From assembly GCA_964016885.1 (NCBI GenBank), contig OZ024742.1, positions 226,176,001 through 226,240,000 on the forward strand: a DNA stretch of 64,000 bases. Direction: 5' to 3'. Position 1 is the stretch's first letter. Each line of letters starts with the position of its first letter. Both the position numbers and the translations under genes were made by a program. The notes beneath the pieces are model-generated. The model was not told where the DNA came from and did no database searches. It worked only from the letters and a program-made list of their open reading frames with translations. This DNA is from Eledone cirrhosa. Taxonomy: Eukaryota. Shown piece after piece: positions 23,584-36,440 of this stretch.

Positions 23584-24476
23584 GATTGTTTCTACTTTAT
23601 GCACAAGGCCAGCAATTACCCAGTGCATTACTGGTACTTTATTTTATCGACCCCGTAAGGATGAAAGGCAAAGTTAACCTCGGCGGGATTTGAAGTTAAC
23701 TTTGCCTTTCATCCTAAAATAATAATAATAATAATGGTTTCTAATATAGGCACAAGGCCAGCAATTTGGGGGAGAGGGGAAAGTCGATTAAATCGACCCC
23801 AGTGCGTGACTGGTACTTTATTTTGTCAACACCATAAGGATGAAAGACTAAGCTAATCTCAGCAGGATTTAAACTCAGAACATAAAGGGCCGTAAATAAA
23901 TACTCCAAAGCATTTTGTCTGATGCTCAACCGATTCTAATAATAATAATTGTTTCTACTTTTGGCACAAGGCCAGGAATTTATTCCAGTGTATTACTGGT
24001 ACTTTATTTTATCGACCCCGTAAGGATGACAGGCAAAGTTAACCTCGGCGGGATTTGAACTCAGAATGGCAAGGGCCGTAACTCTATGCGTCAAAGCATG
24101 GCGTCCGACCCTCTTCCGATACTGCCAATCCACAAAAATAATTGTTTCTACTTTTGGCACAAGGCCAGCAATTATACCAGTGCATTACTGGTACTTTATT
24201 TTATCGACCCCCCGTAAGGATGAAAGGCATAGTTAACCTCGGCGGGATTTGAACTTAGACTGTAAAGGGACATAACTATGCTGGAAAGCATGGTGTCCAA
24301 CGCTCTACCGATACTGCCAATCCACCAGCAGTTTCTGATTTAGGCACAAGGCCAACAATTTTTTGGGAAAGGGTAAGCCAATTAGATTGACCTCATAAGG
24401 ATGAAAGGCAAAGCTAACCTCGGCAGGATTTGAACTCAGAATGTAACGGGCCGTAACTCTATGTTTCACTAATCCA
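23584..24476 (-). mobile_element. Cluster of five head-to-tail SINE A copies (full and partial)
   Basis: ggcacaaggcca...ggatgaaaggcaaag..aacctcggc.ggatttgaac recurs at ~23600, 23750, 23962, 24156 and 24342. Confidence 0.88.
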
Positions 24477-24509
24477 CAATAATTGTAATACAATGATTTC
24501 CCCCCACTC

Positions 24510-24950
24510 TAAAAGGTGGTATGAGCATAAGCCAAAGTCTGTGATAGAAAATTATTGGAGGAAGAAGCTGTGGGATTTCAGGATACTAACAGATAAAGGA
24601 ATAGAACACAATAGGCATGACCTGGAAAAAAACATCTTGCTTGATTATAGATGTAGCTTTCCCCTTTGACATAAGAGTGCAAGAAAAGGAGAAGGAAAAA
24701 ATTAACTGTTACCAGGATCTAAAGTGGTAACTAGAAAGGATTTGGCACTCATGAAATCAGAGTTATGCTCATCATCATAGAAGCACTAGGTACTGTCTCG
24801 AAGAGTTTACAAGGCTAGTTCATCCATCATCAATGATAAAAAATACACAGCTACATAATCAAAGCCCTTGGACATATATACAATACAGAAAATATATACA
24901 CAACATACAGAAAATAGCATTACAAGCATTGTGAAAACATTACATACTAT
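24510..24950 (+). mobile_element. Decayed restriction-like endonuclease domain of an R4/Dong-type non-LTR retrotransposon
   Basis: WYEHKPKSVIEN, KLWDFRILTDKGIEHNRHDL, CLIIDVAFPFDIRVQEKEKEKINCYQDL, IIIEALGTVSK, YNIQKIAL. Confidence 0.8.
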
Positions 24951-25319
24951 GTGCACAGTACATATGTAATGTGTCTTTTCCTGTTTGTTTTTAAACAATT
25001 GACAAGTTTCCAGACCTCACTCGCTTACCGAGTTGGGTGGAACTTGTCAAATTGGACCAAAGAAACAATGTTTCCATTGGTCTTTCCATTGCTGATACTA
25101 TCCACCAGTCGCAACTTTTGGCAGAAAGGGCAACATGAAATATAATGTCTTGCTCAAGGACCTTGTCCAGGAATCAAACTCACAACCTTATGATTGCAAA
25201 TCTTATTCTCTAACCATTAAGCCATGGTGTTTTGGACAGTGTAAATACCTATTAGACCAGACTTCATGGTCTAGGATGAGAAGCATTCTTGTTCTGTCTT
25301 CTATTAATGTTCCTAAAAT

Positions 25320-25560
25320 GCAAAGTTGACTTTAGCAGGGTTTGAACTCACAATGTAAAGAGCTGAAATAAATAATTGTTTCTACTTTAGGCACAAGGCC
25401 AGCAATTATCCAGTGCATTACTGGTACTTTATTTTATCGACCCCGTAAGGATGAAAGGCAAAGTCAACCTCGGCGGGATTTGAACTCAGATCGTAAAATG
25501 ACGTAACTATGCTGGAAAGCATGGCGTCCGACCCTCTACTGATACTGCCAATCCACTGCC
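25320..25560 (-). mobile_element. SINE A copy nested in an older SINE A remnant
   Basis: Full reverse-complement match to 16326-16516 at 25373-25556; agagctgaaataaataat is duplicated on both sides. Confidence 0.82.
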
Positions 25561-25629
25561 AATCCAGAGCTGAAATAAATAATACATGGTATTTTGTCCA
25601 ATGCTCTAACAGTTCTGCCAATTCAGCAA

Positions 25630-25850
25630 ACTATTATTATTGTTGTTGTTGTCATCATCATCAGTCTTATTTGCGTGGCATTCTGTCACTACATTACTGA
25701 GCACAGTTCTCTGGACCTTGGGTATGTGAAGTGTTGTTTTTGGTGTTATTTCTATTGTATTGAGAATACTATTCGTAATGTGAGTGCAGTGTCTAGTAGA
25801 GCTATTTTCTGTATGTTGTATATATATGTAAATCCTGGGGTACATTCAAT
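25630..25850 (-). mobile_element. R4/Dong-like 3' terminal fragment
   Basis: Minus strand reads YNIQKIALLDTALTLRIVFS* followed by a UTR and (AAC/AAT)n tail. Confidence 0.6.
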
Positions 25851-26446
25851 GATTCTGAAAAGGTCAGCTTTGTTTTCTCAGATGAAAAGTAAAGTCTACC
25901 ATGAGGAGATTTGAACTCAGAACATAAAGACACACCATTCCATATCACAATGCCATTACATCTAACATCCTGGTAATCATAATAATTATATTGCTAACTA
26001 ACATTGGGAAAAGGCTAGAAATTCAAGAGTTGAGTCACATTCATTGACTAAACCCTAATATATTACTGGTATCTTATATAAATATTATCTAGGTCTTAAA
26101 CACTACAATTTAAGTCTACATCACACACTATGTTATCTAGGATTATTTGTGTATATCTGAGCTGGAATATTTTTGTGTGTGTGAATGGTTGCATGTCTCT
26201 TTGTGTGTCTCCCTCCATATGTGTATGTAAGTCAATATGTGCATCTGTATATATCTGTATATGTGCAAGTACACGTATGTATGTCAATATGTGTGTGTGT
26301 GTGAGTGAGTGTGTGTCAACTTCCTATGCGCTTACCACCCTATCTGTATTCCATCTGTTGTCTATGTTCTCATATGTTTGTATATGTCTGTATGTCAATG
26401 TCTGTATGTCTGTGTCTATATATTTGCCAATGCCTATTACATATAC

Positions 26447-26477
<31 letters not shown>

Positions 26478-27090
26478 TGTATGTATGTATGTATGTATGT
26501 ATGTATGTATGTATGTATGTATGTCAGTCTACACTAACTTGTATGTCCCTACCACCTTACAGTTGTCCATCGGAGGTCTCTTTGTATATATGTGTGGTGT
26601 GTGTGTTTATGTGTGTGTGTGTATGTGTGTGTGTGTGTGTGTGTGTGTACACCTGTCAATGTATGTGTATATCTATGTGTATTTGTCATGATAAAAGTAC
26701 CCAGTACACACTCTAAGGTGGTCATCCAGCCATAGAAACCTAAGCCAGTAACAGAGCCTATGAGCAAGACATGGTCACCTGACCTGTCTGACCTCATAAC
26801 TTGATAGTCTGTCTAACCCATGCGTACATCTGCCAATGTCATATACATATGTCATATACATACTGCCAATGTCATATACATATTATATATAGTGGAAACT
26901 CTATGATATATTCATAGAGGAAAATAAAGAAAAATAAACATCTTTTGTTTCATTTCATTTCATTTTTGTTTCCTTATGGAAAAATATTTTTTTCCGGCAA
27001 CAAGTCTACCCATATGTTTATTGTATATAAACGTATTATATCTTCACATACACCTCTTTTAAGCTTAAGCACTGTCTTAATACTACCACC

Positions 27091-27137
<47 letters not shown>

Positions 27138-27218
27138 TAAAATTAGTCCTTCATCAGTGATCTTCCAACCTTCATTGATATTTCATCGCTTTTCTTATAT
27201 TTATATATATATATATAT

Positions 27219-29523
27219 AGCTAGGAGACAAGTGTACTTCGCAAGAAGGGAAGCAGAGGAAAGAAACTTCAAGCATATTCTACAACGCGAGGACCAAAAA
27301 CGTGAGGTGTTCAGGATTGCTAGACAATGTGTCAAGGAGAACCGTGATATTGTCGGGGAGAAGTGTGTCCTTAATGATGATGGTGTACTGACCATCACTG
27401 ACGCTCATAAGAAGGTAGCTTGGAAGTGTCACTACGAAAGGCTACTAAATGAGGAGAATAAATGGGAGAAAGACAGCCTCTCCCACATCGATCCAATAGA
27501 GGGACCAGCAGTGCAAGTTGAAGGTAGTATAATAAGTAAGGCAATCAAAGATATGAAGACGGGCAAGGCGGCTGGGCCTTCGGAAACAGTTGCTGAAATG
27601 CTGAAAGCATCTGGAACGGTGGGACACACTATGGTCACTCGGATAGTAAACCAAGTTATACAGAATGGAGTCGTACCAAAGGACTGGCTTAGCAGCATCA
27701 TCATTAACTGCTACAAGCGTAAAGGAGACACCCTAGATATTTGAAACTATAGAGGCATTAAATTAATTGACCAGGTCATGAAGGTCACAGAAAAAGTAAT
27801 AGCGCAACTAATCAGAGAGCGAATTAATCTAGACGAAATGCAGTTCGGGTTTGTGTCAGGTAAAAGTACCACAGACATTCTTTTCATTGTACGACAACTA
27901 CAGGAGAAGTACCTAGCTAAAAGTAAACCCCTCTACTTAGCTCTTGTAGACCTGGAGAAAGCCTTTGACAGAGTCCCCCGCTCCATTATCTGGTGGGCTC
28001 TTAGAAAACTAGGTGTAGATGAATGGTTTGTGAGAGCTATACAAGCCATGTAAGAAACAGTCAGCAAGGTTAGAATTAACAACGAATATAGTGAAGAGTT
28101 TAGCGTAAAAGTTGGTGTTCATCAGGGCTCCGTCCTTAGCCCTTCCTATTTATTATCGCCCTCCAAGCTATAACGGAGGAGTTCAAGACCGGCTGTCTAT
28201 GGGAACTTCTATACGCAGATGATCTAACGCTCATAGCCGAATCAATGGCTGAACTAGAAAAGAAATTCCAAAAATGGAAGCATGGCTTAGAATCAAAAAG
28301 CCTTAAAGTTAACTTGCCTAAAACTAAAGTCCTAATATGTAGGAAGGAGAATAGGGCACTGGTCCCATCTGGGAAATGGCCATGCTCAGTGAGTAGGCAG
28401 AAACTCCATTTTATGTCCCAAATGCAAAGTATGGGTGCATAAAGGATGTAGTGGGATCACAGGTAAGCTAACTAAGAATATAGATTTTATATGTGGCCAG
28501 TGCTCTGGTGCAATAAGTAACAGCAAATGCCCACAGAAATCTAGCTCATTCCATTGCCCAGATGGTTCTATAGAAAAAAATGGGTGACAAAATCAGCAGT
28601 GGTGGAGGGTGCTCTGAAAGTACAGTAGCTAGAGTTCAAACGGGATGGAAAAAGTTCAGAGAGCTTACACCACTATTGGCCGCTAAAGGTTTCTCTCTAA
28701 AAATAAAAGGCAGGCTGTATGATGCCTGCATACAAACAGCGATGTTACATGGCAGTGAGACATGGGCCTTGTGTGCAGACTGGAGAGGAACGAAGCTTGC
28801 ATGCTCCGCTGGATGTGTAATAGTAATATACGCGAACGGCAAAGTATAAATGAACTAAGTGAGAAATTAGGAATAAGAGGGATCAGATGCTGTTTACTCG
28901 AGAGAAGACTACGTTGGTATGGTCACGTGATGCGCATGAAAGATGACAGCTGTATAAAAAAGTGCAGAGCGATCAAAATAGACGGTAGCTACGGAGTAGG
29001 CAGACCCAGAAAAACTTGCGACGACTTGATAAAATCCGACCTCACACACTTACACCTCTCCAAGACAATGTCACTGGACCGAGATCTTTGGCGCTACATA
29101 GTAATACAGAAGACCCGCCTTGCCTGAGTACAAAGTGAAACCTACAGTCAGTAGGCGCCTCTTAACCAAAATACACCCCCGTCCAACCCTACCCCCACCG
29201 CCATCTACACCACCCCTTTCGATGTAAAGCTATGTTGGTACCACAACATCCAGTCCTAAATAAATGTGGTCGTGTAGGTGTCACGACAAAAAAAACACAC
29301 AGTCCACGCTGTAATGTGGCCGTGTAGGTAACACGGTAAAAACCTCCCAGTCCACACTGTAAACGTGGTTGGTGTTGGGAAGGGCATCCAGCCGTAGAAA
29401 ACCCGCCAGACAGTCCTGAGCAAGAAAACCAATCTTGCCTCAAGTGGGACAATTCCCGTCCAGACCCATGCTAGCGTGGAAAATGGACGTTAAACGAAGA
29501 TGATGATGATGATGATGATGATG

Positions 29524-29524
<1 letters not shown>
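27219..29524 (+). mobile_element. 5'-truncated RTE LINE pseudocopy (stops and frameshifts)
   Basis: ORF pieces 27133-27744, 27778-28053, 28245-28442, 28580-29127 are colinear with 20440-22380; long UTR and (GAT)n; flanked by (TA)n. Confidence 0.93.
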
Positions 29525-29559
<35 letters not shown>

Positions 29560-29560
29560 G

Positions 29561-29607
<47 letters not shown>

Positions 29608-29634
29608 ATATATATACATTTATATACACACACA

Positions 29635-29713
29635 CAGTGTCCCCCAACAATGTATATACACTTCAATAAGATTCTAATGAAAATGTGTATATATTTTTGG
29701 GGACACCCTGTAT
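29635..29713. mobile_element. ~80-bp Tc1/mariner-type mini-MITE
   Basis: cagtgtcccccaacaatgtatatacac ... gtgtatatatttttggggacaccctgta; TIR-like arms ending in TA. Confidence 0.6.
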
Positions 29714-29719
29714 ATACAA

Positions 29720-30195
29720 ACAGTGCATTCCAGAAGTTTTGAGACGTTTTTAGGAGAGGCAGTTAAAATTATCCAAGGTGATTGTAATTTTGTATACTAT
29801 TACCATGCATTTAATACTTTTGTTATTCAAAATTGAAGGAGACAACTGTAACAGCACTTTGAACACTTCCTCCTGAACACTGCTTTGTCACAGCTAACTA
29901 GTTCGCAGAATGCAGTCAGGACGTTAAGACAATGTGATAAAGTTTTGCGTTAAACTGAGCAAAAACACTACAGAAACTTATGAAATGTTCCTGACAGTAG
30001 AAAGGAGTTGAGAGGTATTGATATGTCAGACATCAGAGCTGGTTGAGAAAATTCACAATTTTCTGGATGAAGACCTTCAGGTGTCTATAAAGCCAATAAG
30101 CATACAGTTTGGAGTTGGTGTGGCAACTGTGCACAGAACACGTGCAAAATTTGTGCAAAGTTTGTCCTCAGGATGCTCAGTGATAAACGGAACCA
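29720..30195 (+). pseudogene. Mariner transposase 5' remnant
   Basis: IKFCVKLSKNTTETYEMF and SELVEKIHNFLDEDLQVSI..I..QFGVGVATVHR..AKFV match the mariner N-terminal HTH region and a WVP-equivalent motif. Confidence 0.75.
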
Positions 30196-30204
30196 AAATC
30201 GAGA

Positions 30205-30630
30205 TGTAGTGGGATAACGGGTAGACTAACGAGAGGGGAGGAATTTGTATGTGCAGGAGTAATTGAGAGGAAAAGTGCCAGTGATACATCTCTTCAAGTC
30301 ACAGGCAGGGTCCATAGAAGTGGTCGATAGCTTCTGCTATATAGGTGACTTAATTAGCAGTGGAGGAGGGTGCTTTGCGAACATAATAACTAGAATAAGG
30401 AAAGGACTGAAAAAGTTTAGAGCTACTCCCACTGTTGACAACAAAAGGTTTCTTCCTATGATAAAAGGATAACTGTAAGGTGACTGCATGTGAAGTGCGA
30501 TGCTGCATGATAGTGAAACATGGGCAGTGACAGCAGATGACATGCATAGACTGGAGAAAAATGAAGCAACTATGTTCCATCAGATGCGCAATGGAATTGT
30601 GAGAGAAAAGTAGAGCTTGGACGAGCTGCA
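30205..30630 (+). mobile_element. Decayed RTE coding fragment
   Basis: RCSGITGRLT, GSIEVVDSFCYIGDLISSGGGC, MLHDSETWAV. Confidence 0.8.
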
Positions 30631-30754
30631 TATGACAATAATTTCGATATCAATCAGCTCAGGGTTTGATCATATTGTTCAGGGCCCATAACAGCATTGA
30701 GAGCTTTAACCAATGAACCTCCTGTAACTATAGTTCTACACATATTTACCGTAT

Positions 30755-31561
30755 ATTCATTGACTTGTCTCTCTTTTCCTCTCTTTAAGTTGCATTACTA
30801 CCATGTTGTTTGTTTACTTTCCTCTGTCCCGATAACTTAATTTAGTTATCGCTCGCACTGATTTTAGGTATCTAGTCTTTAATGCGAAGAAATACCAATG
30901 ATAATCAGCAGGCTACTGATGAAGGACATTCCTGATTCTCGGTCTATTTTCATTCATACGTTAAACGATGATGATGATGATGATGATGTTCATATTCGCA
31001 ACAACGCAGCACGCCATTTTTCATTCACATATATTTTTTTCCCTTCACTGTGGTTCGTATTTTTTCTGTCACCTTACTGCTATCCTCTTTCTCTCTTCCC
31101 CTTCTCTCTCCTTTACCTCTTGCTTTCTTTCACCCCCTCTGCTGGTCACACACTCTCGGCTGGCCCCTTCCTCACACTTTCACTCACTCACTCTCTGCTA
31201 CTCCCCTCTCTCACTTCCTCCCGTCTGACTTACGTGAAATTCTTTCCTCTCTCATTTTTCGCGTGGCTCGGACACGTCTGTTTCTTCTCGTCATTTGATT
31301 TGTCGGACTTAAGTCCACAAGATTCATTGACTTGTCTCTCTTTTCCTCTCTTTAAGTTGCATTACTACCATGTTGTTTGTTTACTTTCCTCTGTCCCGAT
31401 AACTTAATTTAGTTATCGCTCGCACTGATTTTAGGTATCTAGACTTTAATGCGAAGAAATACCAATGATAATCAGCAGACTACTGATGAAGGACATTCTT
31501 GTTTCTCGGTCTATTTTCATTCATATGTTCATATTCGCAACAACGCAGCATGCCATTTTTC

Positions 31562-31565
<4 letters not shown>
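30755..31565 (+). repeat. ~240-bp direct repeats (30755-31030 and 31322-31565), possibly Penelope pseudo-LTR-like
   Basis: attcattgacttgtctctc...ctactgatgaaggacatt...catattcgcaacaacgcagca occurs twice; first copy interrupted by an RTE tail stub cgttaaac(gat)n. Confidence 0.85.
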
Positions 31566-31646
<81 letters not shown>

Positions 31647-31753
31647 AAGTTAATTTTAGGTTTATTCAATACATATAAAATATATATTGATAATGTTTCT
31701 CAGTAAAAAAGCTCAATAAGCTTCTGTTCAGAGCATCTATAATATAATATAAG

Positions 31754-32114
31754 TGTAAATGATATATATATGTGGATATATCAATTGAGAAACAAACAAG
31801 TATTTTGGACATATATAGAGAACAAATGATATGTTGATTTAAAAACAAATTTAAAAACATACTCTTAGGTGTTAAAATAGTGCTGTACTTACATAAAGAT
31901 TATGCTGTACAGCATAATCCTTATGTTAATACAGCTCTATGATATATGTAAGTACAACATATTCTTTATGTAAGTACAGCACAATTCTAACACCTAAGAG
32001 TATATTTTTTAATTTGTATTTAAATCTACATATCATTTGCTCTCTCTTTATATATATATGTACAAAATACTAGTTTGTTTCTCAATTGATATATCCACAT
32101 ATATATCGTTTACA
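31754..32114. mobile_element. AT-rich fold-back element (~160-bp arms)
   Basis: tgtggatatatcaattgagaaacaaac...actcttaggtgtta...gctgtacttacataaaga is mirrored by tctttatgtaagtacagc...taacacctaagagt...gtttgtttctcaattgatatatccaca. Confidence 0.85.
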
Positions 32115-32134
32115 AATATATATATATTCATATG

Positions 32135-32948
32135 TGAACCAAAGGCTTGATGGAGTTCAAATCATTTATTCATTTCTACGATTGTTTTGATTTATTGAAA
32201 TGTAATTGTAGTCATCTATAACAATTTGCCAATTAATTAATTAATTAATTATATTAACAAATATGTTAATTATATTTCAAGAATCTCTTCTTATGGTGTG
32301 CCTTTGGATGTTGACATTTTGAAAGTACTTTATATTTGAAGATATGAAGAGATATTACAGCATGTGGACTAATATCCAGAACACCTTTTACTTCTGTACT
32401 GCTTAACATCACAGTGCTATAATGCTTAATATTAATGTTTTTCTTGACTATATTTGCATCTCTCTCACCTTTGCTATTTGAAACTTCATGTGGCTTTTAT
32501 CGTCACATGCCTACATGGTAACAGGACAATGTTTATATGTTCATTCTGAAAGAATTGTATCTGATAGTGTTTGTGGTGCGTGTATGTGTGGGCCTATCTA
32601 TTTTGCAGTAATAGGTTTCACGAAACTGAGCAAGTTGTCTGTAGCTATATGTAACAACTATTATCATGAAACATATACATATACACCAGGTTTGAACACA
32701 AAAGAACCAAACTCCCACTGTTACTGCATCCGTCTCGCCCACTCTCCCATCTATTACGAGCAAATGGGGACCCACACACTGGCTGCCCCACTAGAAGTTT
32801 ATTTCATGAGGAGAATTTTTAATATAATCACCATGTTTGTCGATATAATTAACTAATTAATTGGCAAATTGTTATAGATGACTACAACTGCTTTTCAATA
32901 AATCAAAACAATCATAAACGATTTGAACTCCATCAAACCTTTGGTTCA
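32135..32948. mobile_element. Non-autonomous element with ~140-bp terminal inverted repeats and ~540-bp unique interior
   Basis: tgaaccaaaggcttgatggagttcaaatc...gtagtcatctataacaatttgccaattaatta versus taattaattggcaaattgttatagatgactac...gatttgaactccatcaaacctttggttca. Confidence 0.85.
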
Positions 32949-33243
32949 TCACCTGAATTGAATTATTATGCTCTGAGATTTTCTATATGTGACAAAATAT
33001 ATATGTGACACATTGAGCATTAATGCACTCGGTAATAAATGAGTGTCATATCAACTTCTATTGATCTGCTTTACATACATATTTATTTTGTTGTGTCTCG
33101 ATGTGCACTGGAATGAATGGTATTGACCTTAATGCACCAAAACTGTAGTGATTTCCAGAGGTTGATTGAGGAGATAGGACTGTCCATCTTCTGTTGTTTT
33201 TTTTCCATTGCCTTTGTCTTGTGTGCTCCCTATTTTGAATATA

Positions 33244-33797
33244 TCATCATCATCATCATCATCACCATTTTATGTCCGTTCTTCCACGCTTAGCATGGGT
33301 TAGACGGGTTATCCTGTTGTGGTCAGTATCCGGTCGGCTGACCATGTCTTGCTCATACAAGAACTGACTCTGGCTTGATTTTTACAGCTGGATGCCCTTC
33401 CTAACACCAACCTCATTTACAGTGAGTGCTGGGTGCTTTTTTGCACTTTCACGACCAGGAGGAGGTGGGGGCATAGTCTCTATATGCTTCAGCTTCGGCT
33501 TGTACCGGTGGGGAGTCGAGTCTTCTGTAAAACTGCGTGACACCAGAGGTCATGACCGTGTGTCATTGCCTTTGAGAGGTGCAATTGGGTAAGGTCGGCT
33601 TTTATCACCTCATCCCAGGTCTTCTTGGGTCTCCCCACTCCGCAGCTTCCATCGGCTTCTAGTGCTCTGCACCTTTTTATGCAGCTGTCAGCCTCAAACG
33701 CATCACATGTCCATACCAACACAACCTCCTCTCCTACACACAGCATTTGATTCCTCTTATGCTCAGTCTCTCTCTCAATTCGTTTATATATATATAC

Positions 33798-33828
<31 letters not shown>

Positions 33829-34515
33829 ATATATATCATATATATATATCATAATCATCATCATCATTTAACATCCATCTTCCACACTAGCATGGGTTAG
33901 ACGGTTTTGTTCCATTTGATGTGGGATTGTTCGGGAGACCGTGTTGCGCTCGTATGGAAGTCTCTGTGGCAGGTTGTCTATGGCTGGATGACCTTCCTAA
34001 CACCAACCACTTTTACAGTGTGGACTGGGAGCCTTTTTACCGTGTCTCCTACACGACCACTTTACAGTGTGTACTGGGTGCTTCTTGTTGTGTCACCAAC
34101 ACAGTGGACGGGAATGGGAGGATGGAGAAGGGTGTGTGGGGTGGGGTGTATATTGGGTTAAGAGGTGACTGTAGGTTTGTATCTGTACAACTGCATGGCA
34201 CCAAAGATCTCGATCCAGTGTCATTGTCTTAGAGAGGTGTAAGTGAGCAAGGTCAGTTTTTATCACCTTGTCCCAGGTTTTTCTTGGTCTACCCACTCCG
34301 TAGCTTCCATCAATTTTCATTGCTCTACACTTTTTTTCATACAGCTGTCGTCCTTCATACACATCACATGGCCATACCAACGCAATCTCCTCTCCAGAAC
34401 ACAACATTTGATACCTCTTATGCTTAGTCTCTCTCTCATTTCGTTTATGCTTCACCATTCATGCACATCCATCTATTACACATCCATCAGAGCATGTAAG
34501 CTTCATTTCTTTCTA
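33244..34515 (-). mobile_element. Two tandem RTE 3' fragments (33244-33785 and 33848-34515)
   Basis: CIKRCRA..DGS.GVGRP.KTWD.VIK.DL motifs, family UTR and (CAT)n tails on the plus strand. Confidence 0.88.
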
Positions 34516-34784
34516 ATGTACTCAATAATATATATGTGTGTGTGTGTAAATAAATAAGATTCTGTAATACGACACATGTAACCTGATGACATCCATCATA
34601 CTCATATCAGTAACTAGAACAGGTTGGGGAATGGTTTTGAAGGATATATTTGAATTTATTTTTGATGTGGTATGGCTTTGTGGGTAGGATTGATTGTAGG
34701 ATTGTGGTTTATGTTTGCTTGTGTCCATGGATGGCATGGTCTTGGTTTAGATGAATTTACATTCTAATTGAGACATATATGTAT

Positions 34785-35765
34785 ACTAGCAGAGGTACCC
34801 GGCGTTGCTCGGGTATTAAATAGTAGTTGTGTATACCATTTATGTCAATACTTCAGTGCTGCTTCGAAAACTATACTTTTACAAAATCACTGGCTTTTTC
34901 CAAAAAGGGGTTCCTGCCCCCAGGGGTCCTCTACTCAATATGTGCCAATTCTGAGAGTTCACATTCATCTGTAGGACAAAAGTAGCCCATGTGTCAAGTT
35001 TTGTGAAAATCGGTTGCGAACTCCAGAAGTTATGACGTTTTGTTGCATTGCACTGCTTCAGTCGACTCCAAGGAAGTGATTAAAGGGGGTTATCTGCCGG
35101 GAGGCGCTATAATCAATACCTGGAAAAATGAAAGTGCCCATGACCATCTAGAGTACATAAGTAACCTATGTCTTAAATTTGGTGAAAATACTGTAGAAAT
35201 GCATAAGGTTTATATATGCGTGTGCGCGTGTGTGTGTGTGTGTGTGTGTGTGAGTTTGTGGGTGTGTATGTATTTGTGTGTGCGTATGTGTGTGTGTGTG
35301 TGTGAGTGTGTATGTATTTGTGTGTGTGTATGTATGTGTATGTCCGTCGGCGCATACGTATGTACTGGCCTAAATCTTCACTATTTACTTTTACTATTTT
35401 AATAACCTCTGTCATTTTCGTTTTCAATTTTATTTACATCATTCTTAAACTCCAGAGCTGGAAATCATTCGGTTATTTTAAATAGAACATTAGTCTAACG
35501 ACTCCATTTATACCATAAACTTGGTTTTGTCTTTGCATGAAATTGTTCTTCTCGGTCCACATAACGACGTATTATCCTCGCTTTTTTTCCGTTCATTACC
35601 AGGGAACGTCTTCACGAACCAAAATATTGTCTTCCTGTTTTCCTTCGGTTGCAACGTTTTTCAAAATATTTACTTCTGCATTCACAGATTAAATTTTTTA
35701 GTTTCAGAAGATCCCGTTAATGTTGAAAGCAATTCTTTGCTTAAACTTTAATCTGTTCTTATAAC
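34785..35765 (-). mobile_element. Non-autonomous Helitron-like element with internal (TG)n
   Basis: Minus-strand 3' end acccgagcaacgccgggt (GC hairpin)-acctctg-CTAGt; the far end ttataagaacagattaaagtttaagcaaa is shared with a stub at 14430-14457; both abut (TA)n. Confidence 0.7.
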
Positions 35766-35797
35766 ATATATATATATTATATATATATATATATATA

Positions 35798-36194
35798 TCA
35801 TCATCATCATCATCATCATCATCAACGTTTAACGTCCGTGTTCCACGCTTGCATGGGTTTGGACGGGGGTAGTCCCACTTGAGGCAAGAGTGATTGTCTT
35901 GCTTGCATAGGACTGTCTGGCAGGTTTTCTACAGTTGGATGCCCTTCCTAACACCAACCACATTTACAGTGTGGGTCTGGGAGGTTTTTACCGTGTTGCC
36001 TACACGGCCACATTACAGCGTGGACTGTGTGTTTTTTTGTCGTGACACCTACACGATCTCATTTGTTTCGGCCTGGATGGTGTGGCACCAACACAACTTT
36101 ACATAGAACGGGGTGGTGTGGATGGGGTGGGGGTGGTGGGACGAGGGGGGAGGGTATTTTGTTAGAGATGCCTACTGGCTGTAGTAGGTTTTAC

Positions 36195-36197
<3 letters not shown>
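35798..36197 (-). mobile_element. RTE 3' UTR-only insertion between (TA)n tracts
   Basis: Reverse complement of 19090-19484. Confidence 0.9.
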
Positions 36198-36229
<32 letters not shown>

Positions 36230-36358
36230 AGAGAGAGAGAGATGCTTTGTGCGTCTTTTGGAGGAAGGAGTGACCAGCAGTACGTTGTTCGGTATTATTA
36301 CGAAAAGGTGTAGCAGAGAATCCCGCGGGAACTAACAGCTCGGGAGGAAATTGCTTAC

Positions 36359-36440
36359 CTCGAAGATTCATTCGCCATCGTTCTTGTCAATGCTCCGTTT
36401 ACTTGGTATTTGTTGGTCTACAGTTAGATGAATGGCGCAC
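36359..36440 (-). other. Candidate first exon of a host gene (ATG GCG AAT GAA TCT TCG AG|gtaagc)
   Basis: Unique CpG-retaining island 36245-36500; ATG at 36378 followed 20 nt later by a consensus donor AG|GTAAGC. No protein homology recognised. Confidence 0.35.

Noticed and set aside
34522-34765. Minus-strand ORF MPSMDTSK... as a host exon
   Set aside because: No frame joins it to the candidate first exon without a stop; no homology recognised.
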